This document shows, piece by piece, positions 1 to 11,754 of a stretch of DNA of 34,538 bases (positions within the stretch are counted from its first letter, which is position 1; each line of letters begins with the position of its first letter). Source of the DNA: Chiloscyllium plagiosum. Its lineage: Eukaryota. Location of the stretch: assembly GCF_004010195.1 (NCBI RefSeq), contig NW_025214824.1, positions 1-34,538 of the forward strand, given 5' to 3'. A program made the position numbers and the translations under genes. Below the pieces are notes generated by a model. The model saw only the letters and a list, made by a program, of their open reading frames with translations. It did not search any database and was not told where the DNA came from.

Positions 1-510
1 ATACTGTGTGGAGTTCTTGGAGCCACATTACAGAAAGTATATGATTATTTTGGAGTGGGTGCAGAGATTCACCTGGATGCTTCCAATTATGGAGCATATC
101 AGCTATGGAGAGAGGCTGGATAAGCTCGGGTTGTTTAGTTTGAATGAGAGAAGGCTGAGGGGGACGTGATTCAGAAGTATAAGATTACAAGGGACATGGA
201 CAGGATAGAAGGACAGCAGCTGTTCCTTTTAGTCAAATGGCCAAGAACAGGGGAGCACACTTTTAAAGGGAAGGATTTGAGGTTTAGAGATGATTCAGAG
301 ATTCTTTTTCATCCAGAGGGTCATGTGATCTGGTATGCACTTCCTAAGGGGGGCAGTTATCACGGGTCACCTCACAACCATTAAAAATTATTTGGACATG
401 CACTTGAAGTGTCGTACCATTCATGGCTACGGGACTGATGTAGGAAATTTGGAAGAATATAGATCGTGCTGTATTTTTGATCGTACAGAGTCTATGCTTC
501 TGTGATTGTA
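1..510 (+). mobile_element. CR1 LINE 3' fragment (degenerate ORF2 C-terminus and 3' UTR)
   Basis: The start reads as a frameshifted YCVEF-W-SHY..LEWVQRFTWMLP, matching the CR1 ORF2 C-terminal motif YCVQFWSPHY..LERVQRRFTRMLP. It is followed by RRLRGD-like sequence. Confidence 0.8.
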
Positions 511-512
511 TG

Positions 513-1307
513 GCTGTGGAAGGTCAATCATTGAACAGCTTAAGGCAGGAAGTAATGGGATTTGGAATAGTACATTAACAAGCATGAAATGTAATATCTT
601 CTCAATGTACAATATACCAAGGTGAAATGTTGGAGAAAATAATTGAAGCTTCCTTACAGTCCAAAACCAACGAATGGAGAACAGGAAAATGGCAGACTAT
701 GAAGCATCTACTTCAGTTCTGCCTTCCTGATAGGATTTTTTTTTTAAAATGCTTCCAAACAATTCTAGGTCTGCTGTGAAAGAATGGAAATACAATCAAA
801 TCACTAAATAAGTAGTTTTGGAGAAATTATTTGTTCTGAAATCTGATAAATCCCCATCGAATGATAATCTATATCTTTGATTCCTAAAGGAGGTAGCCAT
901 GGGAATAATGAAGCTGTGGAAGGTCAATGATTGAACAGCTTAAGACAGGAAGTAATGGGTTTTGGTAGAGTACATTAACAAGCATGAAATGCAAAATCTT
1001 CTCAATGTACAATATACCAAGGTGAAATGTTGGAGAAGATAATTGTAGCTTCCTTACAGTCCGGAACTAGCGAATGGAGAACAGGAAAATGGCAGACTAT
1101 GAAGCATCTACTTCAGTTCTGCCTTCCTGATAGGATTTTTAAAAAATGCTTCCAAACAATTCTAGGTCTACTGAGAAAGAAAGGAAATGCAATCAAATCA
1201 CTAAATAAGCAGTTTTGGAGATATTATTTGTACTGAAATCTGATAAATCCCCATGGAATGTTAATCTATATCTCTGATTCCTAAAGGAGGTGGCCATGGG
1301 AAGAATG
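513..1307 (+). repeat. Tandem duplication, ~400-bp unit x2 (513-910 and 913-1307), made of decayed CR1-like sequence
   Basis: Both copies start GCTGTGGAAGGTCAAT(C/G)ATTGAACAGCTTAAG and end GG(T)(A/G)GCCATGGGAA(T/G)AATG. They are colinear with scattered substitutions. Confidence 0.95.
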
Positions 1308-1656
1308 GATACTTTGCTTGCCGTCTTCCAAATTCCAGATGATTGAATTGACAGATTTGAGAGCAGCAAATGTAACCCCAATATTTCTAAAAGAGGCAGG
1401 GAGACAGCAGGGAATTTCAGTCTGCTTAGCACCAAAGAAGCAGTCAGGACAATACAAGAGTCTATTAGAAAGAATGCTTTGCCAGGGAACTTCGAGAATT
1501 ATGTTAATTTGAAAGTAATGAACGTGGATCAAGTCAATATCAAATCATTAATGGCGAATCATATTTAAGAATCCGACTGCGAAATAAATTATGGCGAAGC
1601 AATGTATGCAGTGAATTTGAATTTTCAGAAACATTTTTGATGATGTCCCAAGTGTG
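1230..1656 (+). mobile_element. Old CR1 ORF2 RT fragment, 5' part; continues at 5504-6490 after the nested insertions
   Basis: Degenerate DKSP..YP..LKEVA and AVNLNFQK.FDDVP (YLDFQKAFDKVPH-like) motifs. Confidence 0.7.
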
Positions 1657-2506
1657 GTGTTGTGACAATACTACTCCTTTAACAAGGTTATGCTGTCCTT
1701 GTTTTTCTTTCCTAGCAGTCTTAAAAGCAGCGAATCCGAAGAGTCTGGGTTTGACTACTTGGGAATACTTTCAAGTCTAAAATTAAAACACGTACAATGA
1801 AGAGTGAGCTATGCTAGATCGGGTCCTGTGTAATGAGACAGAAATAATTAATGACCTCATTGTTAGGAATCAACTTGGAAGGAATGATCACAGTATGGTT
1901 GAATTTAAAACACAGATGGAGAATGAAGATAAAATTCAATACCAGGGTCCTGTGGTTAAACGAAGGAGACTACAACAGAATGGAGGGAGGACTTGGCAAA
2001 AGTGGACTGGAAACAAATACTTTATGGTGAGAGTTGACGAGCAGTGGAGGATTTTCAAAGTAGTTTTTCAAAGTCCTAAGCAAAAGCATACTCAGTGAAA
2101 AGGAAAGACTGTAAGAAAAGGGCAAATCTGTCGTGGGTGGGCAAATACGCAAGGTTATCAAATTGAAAGAGATGGAATGCAAAATGGCCAAGAACAGCAG
2201 GAACCTAGAAGATTGGGAAAAGATTAAAGGTCAACAGACAGCTACGAAAAGAGCTATAAAGAAAAGTAGGATAGAACACGAGAGAGAAAAAAAAACTAGC
2301 ACAGTATATGAAGACAGATAGCAGATGATTCCCTAAATATATAAAATGAAAATAAGTGGCTAACTTAAATGTTGATCCTTGAGAGGGTAAGAAGGAGCAT
2401 TTAGTTATAGGATATGATGAAATGGCTGAGGCATTGAACAGGTAATTTGTATAAGTCTTCATAGTGAACTACACTAATAACATACCTGTGATCGACGAAG
2501 AGATGA

Positions 2507-2685
2507 AGAGTCCAGATTAGAGTGGTGTTGGTAAAGCACAGAAGTTCAGGTAGCATCTGAGGAGCACAAAAATCGACGTTTCGAGCAAAGGCCTTTCATC
2601 AGGAATGCTCTGAACTGTTGTGCTTTACCAGCACCACTCTAATCTAGAATCTGGTTTCCAGCATCTGCAGTCCTTGTTTTTACCA
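2507..2685. mobile_element. Short Penelope-like pseudo-LTR insertion with internal inversion, containing a hammerhead motif
   Basis: 9-bp TSD AAGAGATGA (2498-2506 and 2686-2694). Inverted arms 2511-2540 and 2619-2648 match 28/30. Same family as 28424-28553. Confidence 0.85.
2571..2606 (-). ncRNA. Minimal type I hammerhead ribozyme motif (Penelope-associated)
   Basis: Minus strand reads ATTC-CTGATGA-AAGGCCTTTGCTC-GAAAC-GTC-GATT. The core is intact and helix II is slightly degenerate. Confidence 0.75.
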
Positions 2686-4600
2686 AAGAGATGAGGGTAG
2701 GTGAGGACTTGTGAACAATCATTATTACAGAGGAGGTAGCGTTGGGCAAGCTAATGGAGCTAAGGGTAGACGAATCGCCCGGCCCTGATGTAATGTATCC
2801 CAGGGTACTAAAAAGATAGCGGGAGAAATAACAAGTGCACTTGTGGTAAATTTCCAAAATTTGTTGAACTCTGGAGCAGTCCCAGCAGATTGATAAACAG
2901 CAAATGGGACGCCATTGTTGAAAAAAGGCAGGTGGATAAAAGTTTGGGAATTATAAACCAGTTAACTGAATCTGAGTAGTGGGGATGATGCCTTGACTGT
3001 ATTATCAAGGAAGAAATAGCAAGGCATTTTGATAGAAAACGGCCCATTGCACAGAAGCAGCAAGGATGCATGAAATGCAGATCATGCTTAACAAGTCTTT
3101 TAGAAATCTACGAAGACATTACGAGCAAGATAGACAACGAGGCCGCAGTGAATGTGGTGTATCTAGGTTTCAAAAAGGCTTTGACAGGGTGCCACATAGT
3201 AGGCTGCTGCATAAGATAAATTTGGATGGCGTTACGGCTGAAGTATTAGCATGGATAAAAGATTGGGTGACTAACGGGAAGCAAAGTGTGGGTATAAATG
3301 AATGCTATCCTGGCTGGAAATCAGTGCTGAGTGGTGTGCCTCAGGGATCAGTGTTGGGGTTGCAATTATTCACAATTTATATAGATGATTTGGAGTTGGG
3401 AGCATACGTAGTTTGTCAAAGTTTGCAGATGGCACGAAGATGAGCGGCAGAGAAAAGTGTGCAGAGTACTGTGAAACTTTGCACAGGAAAATAGTTACAT
3501 TGCATGAATGGGGAAAGGTCTGGCGGATGGAATACAATGTTAATAAATATGAAGTAATCTATTTTGTTAGGAGTACTAGTAAAAAGGATTATTACTTGAA
3601 TTGTAAAACGATGCAGCATGCTGCTGTGCAGAGGGACCTGTTTGTCCTTGTGCATGAATCACAGAAGGTTGATCTGCAGGTACATCAAGTAATTAGGAAG
3701 GTAAATGGTATTTTGTTCTTTGTTGCGAAAGGCATTGAATTTAAAAGCAGGGAGGTTATGTTGCAGCTGAACAGGGTGCTGGTGAGGTCATACCTGGAGT
3801 ATTGTGAGCAGTTCTGGCCTCCTTACTTGCAAAGCGATGTACTGCCAGTGGAGGTGATGCAGAGGAGATTCACTCTGGTGATTTTGGAGTTGAGGGGGGT
3901 GTCTTATGAGGAGACACAGAGTAGATCAGCATTATATTCATTGGAATTTAGAAGAATGAGGGGAGGATCTTATAGAAACATAAAAAATATTATTAAGGGA
4001 TGACGTAAGAAAAAAGTAGAGAGGATGGTTCCACTGGCAGGTGAAGCTAGGACAAGATGGAATAACCTCAATATGAGAGGGAGCAGATTTAGGATTGAAT
4101 TGAAAAAACCTTTTCACCCAGAGGCTTGTAATTCTATGGAATTCCCTGCCCAGTGAAGTAGTTAACGCTACTTCAGTAAATGTTTTTCAAGCTGAGATAG
4201 ATATGTTTTGAACAATAAAGTAAATTACGGATATGGTGAGAGCGCGGGTAAGTGGATATGAGTCCACGAGTATATCAGCCTTGATGTTACAGAATGGCTG
4301 AGCAGGTTAGAAGGACCAGATGGCCTACTCCTGCTCCTAGTCCTTCTGTTCTTATGAAAGGGGAGTGGACAGTTCTCCCAGCGCAGACCCTCTGCTTTGA
4401 TTTATTTGGCCTGATTTCTCACAGACTGGCTGTTTACTAAAAGCAGGCAGCCAGTTGTGAAGCTATCAGGCCAAAGAAGAAGGTCTATGCTGATCCCCCC
4501 TCTCTCTGATATCTCTCCTGGAAGAGCCTGGGTTTGATTTTTCCTTTCGAATTTTCCATGGGGTGTTTATGGGGATGTTTCAAGTACTTCGAACAACACC

Positions 4601-4928
4601 TTAGATTATTTAGATACAGATTACTTACAGTGTGGAAACAGGCCCTTTGGCCCAACAAGTCCACACCGACCCTCCAAAGAGCAACCCATCCAGATCCATT
4701 TGCCTACATTTACCCCTTCACCTAACACTACGCGCATTTAGCATGGCCAATTCAGCTAACCGGTGCATTTCTGGACTGTGCGAGGAAACCGGAGCACCCG
4801 GAGGAAACCCACACAGACACGGGGAGAAGGTGCAAACTCCACACATACAGTTGCCTGAGGCTGGAATTGAACCCGGGTCCCTGGCGCTGTGAGGCAGCAT
4901 GCTAATCAAAGTGAAACGGTACCACCCA
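4601..4928 (-). mobile_element. HE1/V-SINE family tRNA-derived SINE
   Basis: Minus strand has GCCTCACAGCGCCAGGGACCCGGGTTCAATTCC (B box) and the V-core GTGGGTTTCCTCCGGGTGCTCCGGTTTCCTC. It ends in a TCTAA-type tail. Confidence 0.92.
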
Positions 4929-5503
4929 ATGGCTTTCAACCATTTTCAGATTCTCAGTTGAGAAGTGGAGTGCTACTGAAGACCAGAAAGCTTCACCTGG
5001 AAGATTAGTTGATTTGCCAACTTTTAATATTTTTTAATATTTATTTATAAAACTTTAAAATGACAAAAGCTGGGAATAGTCTCTTTACTTCTACTTACTG
5101 TGGAACTAGTAGCATGGATATGGCTTCTAATTGGCTGTCTCTTGGTATTGTCATCCCTAATCATGTTACACAGTAATGCCCTACATTTTTGTAGGCTGGA
5201 TTGAAAGTCAGTTCTTGGTCTTTCCATGTACCCACTCCTTACGAATTTAATTTGCTAGCATCATTAAGTTAGGATAATCTGTTGGGTTTTCGGATAGGTT
5301 GTTATTTTGCATGCTATTCTTTTCTGTTTGTGTTTCATTCCGTAACCTTGAAAGTAAATTCTGTTTTAATTAAAACGAAGTGGTTTGACCAGCTGCGTCA
5401 CTCCTGGAATATCTGCCTTACATCTGCTTAAGGCAACAAGCAAAGTTTGAGTCTGCACTACTTCCTTGAAATGACTTGAAGTGGTCTGTCCTGGCCCATA
5501 ACA

Positions 5504-6490
5504 GTGTGCAACAGTGAGATCTAATATACTGGCATGGGTTGAACATGATAGAGAGCTAAAAGAAAAAGTGAGTCAGAATAAGCAGTTCCTTTTTTTGGAG
5601 TGGAAAGCAATTACGACCAGGATGATCCCGGAATTGATGTTTGCCACCCATCTATTCAGGAAGCAGATTAAACATCTGCTCGAGGGTACTAAATGTAATG
5701 TTTCAAAATCTGCTGATGGCACAAAACTGAGAATTGATTGGGTGAGGTGGACGAAAGAAGTTCAAGGTAATTGAGACACGTGGAGGGAATGGGCAAATAC
5801 GTGGCAGATGAACAGCAATGTGGATNNNNNNNNNNNNNNNNNNNNNNNNNNNNNNNNNNNNNNNNNNNNNNNNNNNNNNNNNNNNNNNNNNNNNNNNNNN
5901 NNNNNNNNNNNNNNNNNNNNNNNNNNNNNNNNNNNNNNNNNNNNNNNNNNNNNNNNNNNNNNNNNNNNNNNNNNNNNNNNNNNNNNNNNNNNNNNNNNNN
6001 NNNNNNNNNNNNNNNNNNNNNNNNNNNNNNNNNNNNNNNNNNNNNNNNNNNNNNNNNNNNNNNNNNNNNNNNNNNNNNNNNNNNNNNTTTGGGGCGACTG
6101 AGTCTGTATTCCATGTGGTTTAGGAAAATGAGTGGAGATCTCAGTGAGATATATAATACTCTGACAGGGCGAGATATATTGGAAGCAGGGATGATAATGC
6201 ACCTGGCTGGGACGTCTAAAACAAGTGGCCACAGTATTAGGTACGGTCAGGTCATTCTGCATTGAGTTGAGAATAAATGTCTGAACTCATAGACTGGTGA
6301 ATCTGGGAATTCTATGCTACACAAGCCTGTGGAAGCCAAGGCACTGAATTTCGTTAAGTATTGCTTGACCCTAAATGGACAAGGTTGCAACAGAAGTTTG
6401 GTGTGGGGAGAAAGGATCAACCACCGTTATATTGAATGGGAAAGCAAAATTGATGGACGGAAGTTCCTAATTCATATTGTTCCAATAATT
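5504..6490 (+). mobile_element. Old CR1 RT fragment and 3' end, continuing the 1230-1656 fragment; includes an N gap
   Basis: SNILAWVEH, CNVSKSADGTKL, MGKYVADE and RLSLYSMWFRKMSGDL motifs. Confidence 0.8.
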
Positions 6491-6639
6491 AATCACGGAT
6501 AGACAGTATGCAGTGTTTGTGAAAAAAAAATTGAAGAGATGTTAGACCAAAAACTAGAATGGGGGAGGCTCAATGTGTCGGATGACCTACTCCTTTCCCG
6601 ATGTTTCTGTGCAGTCTGTGGAAAAACTCTGTAAATGTG

Positions 6640-7520
6640 TCACAAGCTCTCAGCTGTTAGGAAGGAGGCATCTGCTGGATCAATAGGACTGTGCTCCCAT
6701 TCCCGTTTCTGATACCGAGACTGGTGCTGGGTGTACTGTCCAATTTTAATCATTAAGTGCTCGGAACAGTTTGATACAATACAATGTCTTGCTTGGCATT
6801 TTAGAGATCGTTGAAGAGTTTGCCACATGTTTGTCGTCTGGAGGCACTTTTAGGCCAGAACAGGAAAGCAGGGGAGATTCACTGCCTGAAAGTACATTGG
6901 GAAGGCAATTGGTGTTTACAATCGACATTGGCTTCAAGGTCACTGTTACTGACAGCGAATTTTAGATTTTGATATCTTATTAGTTGATTTGAACTTCCAC
7001 AAGCTGCCAGAGCATTAGCCTGGTCGGGATTGGTAATCAAGTGACATTTCCACAACAGCACCATTTCCACATGGGACCCAATCGGAAACCACACTGAGCA
7101 GATAATTTCTGTGCTGCTTGACAGCTCTGTAAAAAATAACTCACACCATTTTGTCTATCGTGATGGGACTGAGGGGGTGGTAAATTGTCAGATTGTAATG
7201 ATTCTTCTCTTAAGAGACTGGACATAGTTGAGGAATTTTCCACGTTGCCAGGGAGATGTCAGAGTTGGAGCTGGAATGAAACAGTTTCCCCAGGGACACG
7301 GCTTGTTATGCAGCACAAGTCTTCAGTCCTATTGCAAGAATGGTGTCAGGGCCCAATGCCTTTTTCTTACCTACTGTGTTCAGCTCTTGCTTCATGTGAG
7401 GTGCAGCGAATCGAATTGGTTGGAGACTGGCATCTGTGATTCTGTGGGGATCATCTAAGGAACACTTCTGGCTGAGGATGGTGCAGACATTGCATACTGT
7501 CTTTTACACTGATGTGCAGC
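6640..7520 (-). mobile_element. Degenerate fragments of a second LINE family (CR1/L2 group, distinct from the main CR1)
   Basis: Minus strand 7230-7520 gives IFSQKC..DASLQPIR..GIGPDTILAIGLKTCA..LGKLF..WKI, the pre-RT GPD/LK/WK motifs. 6640-6810 resembles the same family's upstream region. Confidence 0.55.
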
Positions 7521-7544
7521 AAAGTTCCATTCTTTCGGGGAATG

Positions 7545-7875
7545 GCAAAGTAATAACCTAGTGGTATTGAGCTGTTAGTCTAGCGACCCAGGCAATGCTC
7601 ATGTGACCTGAGTTCGAATACTGCCACAGCAAATGGTGGAATTCAAATCCAATAAATGTTTGGCATGAAGAGTCTAATGATGATCATGAAACAGTTGCTG
7701 ATTGTGTGGGAAACCCATCTTGTTCGCAGATGCCCTTTCGGGAAAGAAACTGCCATTCATTCCTGCTCTGGCCTACTTGTACCTCCAGACCCACAGCAAT
7801 GTGTTTGACTCTTAACTACTCTCCGGGCAATAAATGATGACATACCAAGCGACACACTAACCCCATTGAACATTT
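7545..7875 (+). mobile_element. tRNA-derived SINE (second family) with LINE-derived tail
   Basis: A-box-like CCTAGTGG, B-box GAGTTCGAATAC, body CCAGACCCACAGCAATGTG, tail GGGCAATAAATG. A degenerate relative lies at ~18560-18850. Confidence 0.7.
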
Positions 7876-8469
7876 TTATATAAAAAAAATTGTGGAGTAC
7901 TCTTCTTTCGTCAGTTGTTTCATAGTTCAACTCCATTTCTAACTGGCTGTGGCAAGACTGCAGAGCTTCGATCTGATCTGTTTGCTTTGTAATCATTTCG
8001 TCCTCTCTATCAGATGTTAGTCCTGCTGTTTGCAATGTAAGTGAGTAGTCAAGTGTGGTAGCTTTAAATGCGTTGTCATCAGTTTTAGGTACACACGTCT
8101 CTGACCCTGGTATGTTCACCTACACTCGTGACTGAAACATCATTCAGCTTAATGGGAATAATGGACTGAGGAATTATCCTAGGCAAAAAGTTACAGATTG
8201 TGACTTAGTACAATTCTGCTTCTGTCCAACTGTGATCTACACTATTACATGAATTCCCGGGTTTGAGCTGCAGTTTCTGTAATGCAATTCTGATGTCTGT
8301 CGATCAACTCATACCGAGACCCATTGACCCGTACCCCGTGAGCTACTCTGGTTTATCATGTGTAGCACTTCCATTTTCACATTCTCATTCCTCTGAACGT
8401 TTGTTTATTGTGTCACACCTCTTACTTGTCATGTTTTTTCAAAACTCCAAAACATATTCCGTGAGGTAA

Positions 8470-8740
8470 CACCACGGCTCAGTGTTTAGTGCCGCTGCCT
8501 CACAGCGCTATGGACCCAGGTTTGATTCCATCCTCCAGCGACCGTCTCTGTGGAACTTGTGCATTCTCCCTGTGGGATTCTTCTGAGTGCTTTGGTTCCC
8601 TCCACAAACCAAAAAAATCCAGGTTAGGTGCATTATTCAGGGGTAAATATAGGGTAAGAAAATGGGTATGCTTGGTTTACTCTTCAGAGGATCGGTGTGG
8701 ACTTGTTGGGCTGAAGGGCGATTCTAATTCTAACATTCAT
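8470..8740 (+). mobile_element. HE1/V-SINE, degenerate
   Basis: GGCTCAGTGTTTAGTGCCGCTGCCTCACAGCGC..GGTTTGATTCC head and GGACTTGTTGGGCTGAAGGG..TCTAA tail. Confidence 0.85.
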
Positions 8741-8974
8741 CTGAACGTATTCCCTTGCAGTTATGCCATTTTCGGTGTTTAAACTGAATGTGCTTCACTC
8801 AGTTCTCTCCATGGTTTCTAATATGAACTCTGTAGTGTCAATGATTCCAGTCTTATGTAGTTTCAGAACCAAGATATTTGTGCATCGTTTGGTATTTTTC
8901 ACTTCCCAGTGTACGGCAATCCAAGTGGGTCAGAACATTTGAGCAGCTTTGACATATACCTTTGAACATGTTCA

Positions 8975-10360
8975 AAACCAGAAATTTCTGGAGAACCTCA
9001 GCATATCTGTCAGCATCTGTGGAGACAGAGAAACAAAGATAGTGTTTCAAGTCCAGCGTGGTCCTTGTTCAGAACTGAAAAGGGCTGCTTAATGCCTTGG
9101 CAAAAGTGGACGAGGGATGATAGAAAACATAGCATGTGGAGATGCAATGGCACAAAGGGATGGGCTTTTAAATATGGTGAAAGAGAAACAGATATAAAAT
9201 TGGTGTAAATTAAAGTGTGGATGGCAGAAATTGGTTGTCTCTATTGAGTGCAGGATAAAAAAGACACAGACAAGATCAATGGGAGGCCAGGAAGTAGAAT
9301 ATATGAAAAATGGAGAACAGCCATAATGGAATCAGGCTGTGAATTTGGAATTGTGTATTAACTCCTGCAGGCTGTGACACATCAAAGTGTAAAGTTTTGT
9401 GTTACTCGAGCTTGGGTAGTGTTTCACTAGAACATTGCAGCAGCTAGGACCGAAATGTTAGGATGAGCGCGAGGTCAGTTATTGAAATGAGAGGCACAGG
9501 GTTATTCCTACAGACAGAGTGAAAGTGGTCCTCGAACCAGTCTCTATTTGGTCTCCACAGTGTAAAGGAGACAGCATTTTTTTAGATTAGATTAGATTAG
9601 ATTACAGTGTGGAAACAGGCCCTTCGGCCCAACAAGTCCACACCGACCCGCCGAAGCGAAACCCACACATACCCCTACATTTACCCCTTACCTAACACTA
9701 TGGGCAATTTAGTATGGCCAATTCACCTGACCCTGCACATCTTTGGACTGTGGGAGGAAACCGGAGCACCCGGAGGAAACCNNNNNNNNNNNNNNNNNNN
9801 NNNNNNNNNNNNNNNNNNNTGTGAGCAGCAATGACAGGAGACCGGATTGAAATAGTAAAAGTGAAATGCTACTTCACCAGGAAGGTATGTTTGGGGTCTT
9901 GGACAGTGAAGAGGGAAGAGGTGAATGGGCAAGTGTTGCAGCTTCTGTCATTGCATGGGAAGGTGTCATGGGGGATTTGGGAAATGTTCAGGATGATGGA
10001 GGGTGTCACAGAAGAAATGGTCCCTATGAAATGCTGTCAGTGGTCGCGAGGGAAAGATATGTTTGATGGTGCTGCCCCCTTGGAGATGGTGGGAGTGGCG
10101 CAAAATGATTCTGTGAATGTGGATTCTCGTACAGTAGAAGTGAGGACGAGGGAGATCTATCATTGTTCTGGGAAGGATGGGACGGAGTGAGGGCATAAGC
10201 GTGGGAGATGGAATAGTCACAGCTGAAGGCCCTGTCCACCGGAATTAGTGGATTTCTGAGTTGAAGGAAAAGGAGGTCACGTCACAAGCAGTTCACTGGA
10301 ATGTGGCGTCATCAAACAGAAACAACAGAGACGGAGAAACTGGGAGAATGTAGTCAGCCT
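8975..10360 (-). mobile_element. Penelope-like element, 3' portion: RT thumb/linker, GIY-YIG endonuclease, 3' UTR and pseudo-LTR; degenerate and interrupted by a SINE
   Basis: Minus-strand pieces ALTPSHPSQNNDR, HIHRIILRHSHHLQ..KHIFPSRPLTAFHRDH, NPVSCHCCS..CCLLYTVETK (VYCIxCxxC.LYIGET-like). The terminal repeat has a decayed hammerhead at 9042-9074. Confidence 0.85.
9581..9819 (-). mobile_element. HE1/V-SINE inserted into the Penelope GIY-YIG domain; 5' end lies in the N gap
   Basis: (TTAGA)n tail then GTGTGGAAACAGGCCCTTCGGCCCAAC..GGAGCACCCGGAGGAAACC, close to the 4601-4928 copy. Confidence 0.9.
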
Positions 10361-11369
10361 CCGCTGATCATGTGTACAGCTACATGCAGAAGTCCCCCCT
10401 GAATGATTGAAAAGAACCAGACATCTAAATTGAGGCTTTCTGTCTCACATCTGGTCTGATGCAGGATGTGGAAGTAGGCCCAGAGGAAGGTCAGTGGGTA
10501 TACCTGGCAGACATTCAAGCAGATATCCAATAATGCTCAGAAAGTGTTGTTTCTGTTCAAAAAGAAGGAGTCGATTAGAAGATGTACCATCCATGTTTGA
10601 TAAGGATACTATGATGAGCATTAGTGTAGGGTCAGATTTAGGATGTTTACTTCAGGGATCATAAGCAGATGCTGGGCATGACTTTCAGCTCTGCATCCTG
10701 AATTCCCCCCAGAAACCCCTGCCATTGCTGTTCCATCCTTTTCCCTGTTCCCCTCCCTTCCTGATTCCAGGTTCTCCATCTCAAATTACAGAGCACATTC
10801 TCTCACATTATTGTCCCTCCCCACTTCACCTGAAGCTCTTTGATCCAGTCTACCTTCCCTGCACTGGCATCAATCTGCGTTTTGTGCTGCCACCTTGCCT
10901 CTGGCCTCAGTGTGGCTCGGCCTCTTCATTCATGCTGTTTTAGACCTCCCACTCACATCTCACTCCGGAAAGTTTTATTCTTGGAGTGACTGTATTGAAA
11001 ACACCATTCTCCCTTTGCACTGAATTCACATTGTGATCCCAAATCCAAAAAGTACACCCAGACTTCATCTCACTCTGCTAAAGGTGCATGCTGACCATAT
11101 GGCATAAGAATTCTTTTTTTTTACATAGAACTGGCCAAAGTAACGTTTACACTGTAGAGATCATCACCCCCTTTAGACAAAGGAATGTGTTTGCTTGACG
11201 TCTTATTAGCACTAGTAGGAGATGCAAGCTGCCTTAGTATTGTAACATGGAGAAAAAACAAATCACATTATGAAGTTTGGGCTCAGTGTTGTTTACCTGT
11301 CATTTTTAATACTGTCACAAATTTGCAGTGCTTATCTTTAAATGCTTGCTCTTGAAGCTAGAATTAGAT

Positions 11370-11752
11370 GGAGTGTTGAGGGGCGAGATTCTAGAAGTTT
11401 TAATATCATGGGAGACATGGATAGGGTGAATAGCCAAGGTCTTTTTGAGAGGATAGGAGAGCCCAAACATAGATGACGTAGCTTTAAGGTTAAAAGGGAG
11501 GAAATTTAAAAGGGACAAATTGACAACGTTTTCACACAGAGGGTAATTTGCTTATGGAATGAGCTGCCACAGGAAGATACAAGTACAGCTACAACATTTC
11601 AAAGACATTTGGACAAACGTATACATGGGAAACGTTCAGAAGCACATGGGCCAAATGCAAGCAGATGAGACTGAGCAGATGAGTTTAGTTTGGAAAACCT
11701 GGTCAGCATGGAGAAGTTGGACCAAAGGGTCTGTTTGTGCGTGATATGACTG
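11370..11752 (+). mobile_element. CR1 3' fragment
   Basis: TTGAGGGGCGA..ATGGATAGGGTGAATAGCC..TTCACACAGAGGGT..TGGAATGAGCTGCCA, ending with tail GATATGACTGTATGA. Confidence 0.8.
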
Positions 11753-11754
11753 TA

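Larger units (their letters stand above)
1802..4356 (+). mobile_element. 5'-truncated CR1 LINE (end of endonuclease, RT, 3' UTR), frameshifted
   Basis: Motifs LDRVLCNE..LGRNDHSMVEF, FQKGFDRVPH, SGVPQGSVLG.LFTIYIDDL, SKFADGTK and YCEQFWPPY. Tail CCTACTCCTGCTCCTAG..TTCTTATG. ATGAA occurs at both ends (1797-1801 and 4354-4358). Confidence 0.93.
1661..5503 (+). mobile_element. Gypsy-type solo LTR (TGTGAC...CATAACA) split by CR1 and SINE insertions; LTR parts ~1661-1800, 4359-4600 and ~5260-5503
   Basis: TG..CA termini. GTGT flanks both sides (1657-1660 and 5504-5507) as a 4-bp TSD. The interrupted CR1 resumes on both sides. The start could alternatively be 1658 (TGTTGTG, imperfect inverted match to CATAACA). 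Confidence 0.7.

Noticed and set aside
3066..4003. Functional reverse transcriptase gene
   Set aside because: It is a frameshifted, 5'-truncated CR1 copy with the catalytic FADD mutated to FADG.
5689..6265. Long ORFs across N runs (also 25827-26322)
   Set aside because: Their length comes from assembly gaps and the flanks are CR1 remnants.
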